Source: a virus (lineage: Duplodnaviria; Caudoviricetes). From it: a DNA stretch of 61,221 bases. The DNA lies in IMG/VR virus record IMGVR_UViG_3300031631_000002, positions 1 through 61,221 of that record; one strand, written 5' to 3'. Positions 58,064 to 61,221 of this stretch are shown piece after piece. The notes under the pieces were generated by a model, which had not been told where the DNA came from, did no database searches, and saw only the letters and a list, made by a program, of their open reading frames with translations. The position numbers and the translations under genes were made by a program. Every line of letters starts with the position of its first letter. Within the stretch, counting starts at the first letter, position 1.

Positions 58064-58699
58064 ATGGGAGGAACAAGAGGAGGAAGAAAGGAGGGATGCA
58101 AAGGAAAATCTCTACACATGGTAGACGGGATGTCCTTGTCAGAAGTAGCAGAGAAGCTTGGTTACTCCTATTCAATGTGTTATGAAATGCACAAAAAGGG
58201 ATTCGATACTGTCTACACCATGAAAAAGTATCGTGAGGCAATTGCAACCGGAGAAGTATACAAGCGTGGGGCAGTATCACACCTTACTTCCAGAGGTAGT
58301 CTAACAGTTGATGAATGTGTTGACCTCAACGAGCATGGGATAAGTAGAGGGGCGTTGGAATACCGTGGGCATATCTGGGGATGGAATCATCGCTGCCTGT
58401 GGATGCCACAAATGCAACCAAGAGCCTTCCGGGCAGCAGCGATTGCACTTGATGGGCCACCGAGGGGAAGAGCAAAACCAAGGCAACGGATCGTTATCAA
58501 ACCAGTGTTGATTGATAGATTCCTAGTGTGCCATAGAGATAAGGGAATGGAAATTTGCAAGCACTACGATGAGCGTATGCACACAGATCATGGGTTACCG
58601 AAACAGTGTGAGAAATACGGAACGTCGTGCTGTAACTATGCTGGCATTAGAAACGATGTAACCAGTAAACCTATGAGCACTGTAGCCTGGTATGAGTGA
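58064..58699 (+). CDS. Hypothetical HTH-containing protein
   Basis: GMSLSEVAEKLGYSYS; Cys-rich C-terminus. Confidence 0.55.
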   Translation: MGGTRGGRKEGCKGKSLHMVDGMSLSEVAEKLGYSYSMCYEMHKKGFDTVYTMKKYREAIATGEVYKRGAVSHLTSRGSLTVDECVDLNEHGISRGALEYRGHIWGWNHRCLWMPQMQPRAFRAAAIALDGPPRGRAKPRQRIVIKPVLIDRFLVCHRDKGMEICKHYDERMHTDHGLPKQCEKYGTSCCNYAGIRNDVTSKPMSTVAWYE

Positions 58700-58784
58700 G
58701 AGATAACATGAAACATAAAAACTTAATGAAAGCTATACGTGACAACGGTTTTCAAAACTTATTGCCGAGGTTCGATAAAATAAA

Positions 58785-58982
58785 ATGCCAGATGTGACAC
58801 TATGCTCAAACGAAACCTGCCCACTAAGAAACGATTGCTACCGATGGACGGCACGGTCTAGCGAGTACTCTCAATCATGGCAACGATTCAAGTGGATAGA
58901 TACAACAGCCAGTGGCGACGCTCCATTCTGTTTTTACTTTGTCACTCAAAAACAGCGTGATATGCTGGACAAACAAGTTTGA
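58785..58982 (+). CDS. Small Cys-rich phage protein
   Basis: MPDVTLC...CPLRNDCYR. Confidence 0.6.
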   Translation: MPDVTLCSNETCPLRNDCYRWTARSSEYSQSWQRFKWIDTTASGDAPFCFYFVTQKQRDMLDKQV

Positions 58983-58991
58983 GGTTAATTG

Positions 58992-59216
58992 ATGAAACTA
59001 AAACCATGCCCATTTTGCGGCGAAGCTGAAGATATCTCAATACGTTTTGATACTTACAATGGGTCATGTATGGAAATTGAAGGACACCTTTATTGCTATA
59101 TTGAGTGCCTACCATGTGACGTGAGGACTGGCCGTTGCTTTGAAGCTGATGCAAAACATAACGGAGCTGATAGCGCAAAACATACGGCAATGAATGCGTG
59201 GAACAGGAGGATATAA
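58992..59216 (+). CDS. Lar-like (restriction alleviation family) zinc protein
   Basis: LKPCPFCG...IECLPC...AMNAWNRR. Confidence 0.75.
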   Translation: MKLKPCPFCGEAEDISIRFDTYNGSCMEIEGHLYCYIECLPCDVRTGRCFEADAKHNGADSAKHTAMNAWNRRI

Positions 59217-59757
59217 TGAAGGAGATGGTAAAATCAGACTCCACATATTATTGACGACATGCTACTTTATGGTAGGCATATTCTTATACAACTATAATCC
59301 AAACGCTATATTTACAGTATTACTCGTAAGCTTTCTTAGTGTATGTGCATATGTGTGGGGAATGGTTGGAATGTATAAAGACATGGAAAATTTAGACAGA
59401 TTAGAGGAGCACCTTATAAAATGAAAAGAACATACTGCGATTTTTGCCGCGATGAAATTACGAGTGAGAATAAGATAAGCGGCGGAACAATACGTACAAC
59501 AGGGCATGTAAAAACACTCAATGGATATAGGTTGGTAGTTGTTTTGAATGTTACAGAAGTGGAACCTGTTGATGTGTGTAAATACTGTGCATTGGACGCA
59601 ATTAGCACTGCTGACGACAGACCACTGGTGTGTGAAGAATAATGACTAAAATAACGATTGAATATGGAGCCTGGTGGGAAGCTGTTATCGAAGTAGAAAT
59701 CAGCGGAAGTAAGAAGATAATTGATAAATTAGATTCAGTATTATTTGAAGGGTGCAC

Positions 59758-60339
59758 ATGAAAGTAATTAAATTAGATGAAGCAGGATTAGACTCAGCAC
59801 TCTATGGGTTTGGGTTATCGTTTCGTAAGCCGGGCCTTACCAGAGATGAGTGGTGGACTGACGAACAGCGTAACAGGATCTACAAAGCAGCACTTGCTAA
59901 CGCTGGGCGTGACAAAGGACACAATAAATTCCTTGAGCACATACAAGTTTGGATATCAGTCACAGCAACCCTTGAGTTTTTCAAGCAATTTGATACTTAC
60001 CGTATAGGGGTATCAAAACAATCAGAGTCGACTATGCACACGCTCGATAAGGATGATTTATTACCTGAGTATTTCGACCTGAAGAACGAAGACTTTGACA
60101 GCACCTCTGACGCTATGATTTACATTGAATACTTGGATATGCTTTCAAGGCAAACGTCAAGCAGGGTCAAGTCTAAGGCGTTACCGCAGGCATTCTTACA
60201 AGAGCGCGAAGTAAACCTGAACTATAAAGTAATCAGGCACATCAACTCACAGCGATTTGCCCACAAGTTACCTGATTGGATTGAGTTCCTGAAGCAGACT
60301 ATTGAATCTCTGGATAACTCAGAATTGTTGGGATTATAA
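59758..60339 (+). CDS. ThyX-like flavin-dependent thymidylate synthase homologue
   Basis: GHNKFLE, QFDTYRIG....SESTMH, LPQAFLQ.R, QR..HKLPDW; lacks canonical RHR. Confidence 0.65.
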   Translation: MKVIKLDEAGLDSALYGFGLSFRKPGLTRDEWWTDEQRNRIYKAALANAGRDKGHNKFLEHIQVWISVTATLEFFKQFDTYRIGVSKQSESTMHTLDKDDLLPEYFDLKNEDFDSTSDAMIYIEYLDMLSRQTSSRVKSKALPQAFLQEREVNLNYKVIRHINSQRFAHKLPDWIEFLKQTIESLDNSELLGL

Positions 60340-60437
60340 CAAGCTTTACCAACCAACCTACAATGCTATCATGGCTGAAAGGGTTGCTTAGTTCCAACGA
60401 ACGGGTTGGTTGGTATTTTAATTGAGAGGAATAAGAA

Positions 60438-60689
60438 GTGAACATAAAACTAAGATTAGAATCAAACAAAGACGGTACGTCTCTGCTGATTAATGAAAAT
60501 AACAGAGTGCTGGCAGTATTAAACAGCGAAGATTTAGGAATAGAACCAATATTTGACGGAGAGTCTAGGTACGTACACCTAACCACCCACAGGGTAGATC
60601 TAGCTAAGATAGAAATTAAGCTGGTAAACGCTTATAAATCTATGGAGCGGATCATAGAGCATGTGGGTATGGAGATGAAAGGAGAATAA
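60438..60689 (+). CDS. Hypothetical protein
   Basis: GAGG RBS; GTG start. Confidence 0.55.
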   Translation: MNIKLRLESNKDGTSLLINENNRVLAVLNSEDLGIEPIFDGESRYVHLTTHRVDLAKIEIKLVNAYKSMERIIEHVGMEMKGE

Positions 60690-61030
60690 GATGGAAGACA
60701 AAATAACCGACAAAGCCGAGCCAGAGAAAGACGATAATTGTGGCAATAGTGCAGCGTCTTGTTATGCTGTTTTGTGTTGTGGCTGTACACGCAAATATAA
60801 ATCTTGTCCTGTCATCGGGACGATAGCTGAATACGCTAATGAATGTATACACAGGAGTGCACAGTGAGGCGACCATGTTTTAATGCTATCTGTAGATACA
60901 AGCGTATTTGCATAAAAAACGAGATGGCATTTAGTGAAATCAATGCTCGGATGGTACTCATGTTTAAAAAAGAGGAGGTCACTGGATGTCTAGTTTTCTG
61001 TCTTGGCATCCAGCAGCATAACAGAACTTT

Positions 61031-61221
61031 CTAGCGCCTATTTTCCCACCGGAAACTGAAATGATTAGCATCTGAAGATATCCTATCAGCACCCCCGATA
61101 GACTTCCAGTAATTGTGGAGCCTATCCCACGCATAGCAGGTTGAATCAGTTATGTATTCACCACCTACAAAAAGGTTAAGATCAACAGCAAGACGTATAA
61201 GGTGGACGCTGTTGTCAGAAC
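61031..61221 (-). CDS. Endolysin, peptidase M15 family, C-terminal fragment (not in ORF track)
   Basis: Minus strand reads SDNSVHLIRLAVDLNLFVGGEYITDSTCYAWDRLHNYWKSIGGADRISSDANHFSFRWENRR*, with SxH..LAVD and D.NH zinc-peptidase motifs. Confidence 0.85.
   Translation of the reverse strand, partial: SDNSVHLIRLAVDLNLFVGGEYITDSTCYAWDRLHNYWKSIGGADRISSDANHFSFRWENRR

Noticed and set aside
1-61221. DGR, retron, recoded stop codons, or queuosine/Z-base pathways
   Set aside because: No reverse transcriptase, PurZ or Que/Dpd motifs seen, and genes are intact under the standard code.

Overview
This window is most of the genome of a long-tailed dsDNA phage (siphovirus morphotype). It starts inside a tail-fibre gene and ends inside an endolysin gene, both on the minus strand, so it is probably a near-complete, circularly opened genome missing the lysis/fibre junction. 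1-23.8 kb (minus strand) is the virion module: terminase, portal, S49 protease, scaffold, capsid, neck, tail tube, frameshifted tail chaperones, a 1977-aa tape measure, tail tip and fibres. A plus-strand three-gene insert interrupts it at 12.3-13.3 kb. 23.8-27.1 kb is a gene-poor, palindrome-rich region, probably the genome end or first-injected region. 27.1-30.8 kb (minus) holds a primase-helicase, a 79-bp inverted-repeat origin candidate and a free-standing paralogue of the primase C-terminal domain. 30.9-61.0 kb (plus) holds many small early genes and then replication/recombination genes: SF2 helicase, DEDDh exonuclease, family A polymerase, Rha-like protein, resolvase, SbcCD-like nuclease, ATP-dependent ligase, dNMP kinase and a ThyX-like protein. 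I saw no integrase, reverse transcriptase, CRISPR array or canonical tRNA. The best candidate for an undescribed system is 24.5-26.1 kb, where an orphan repeat-linker ORF is enclosed by a perfect 25-bp inverted repeat and followed by conserved TTACT-N-AGTAA hairpins interspersed with unique hairpins. All calls come from reading motifs by eye; no database searches or folding programs were run.
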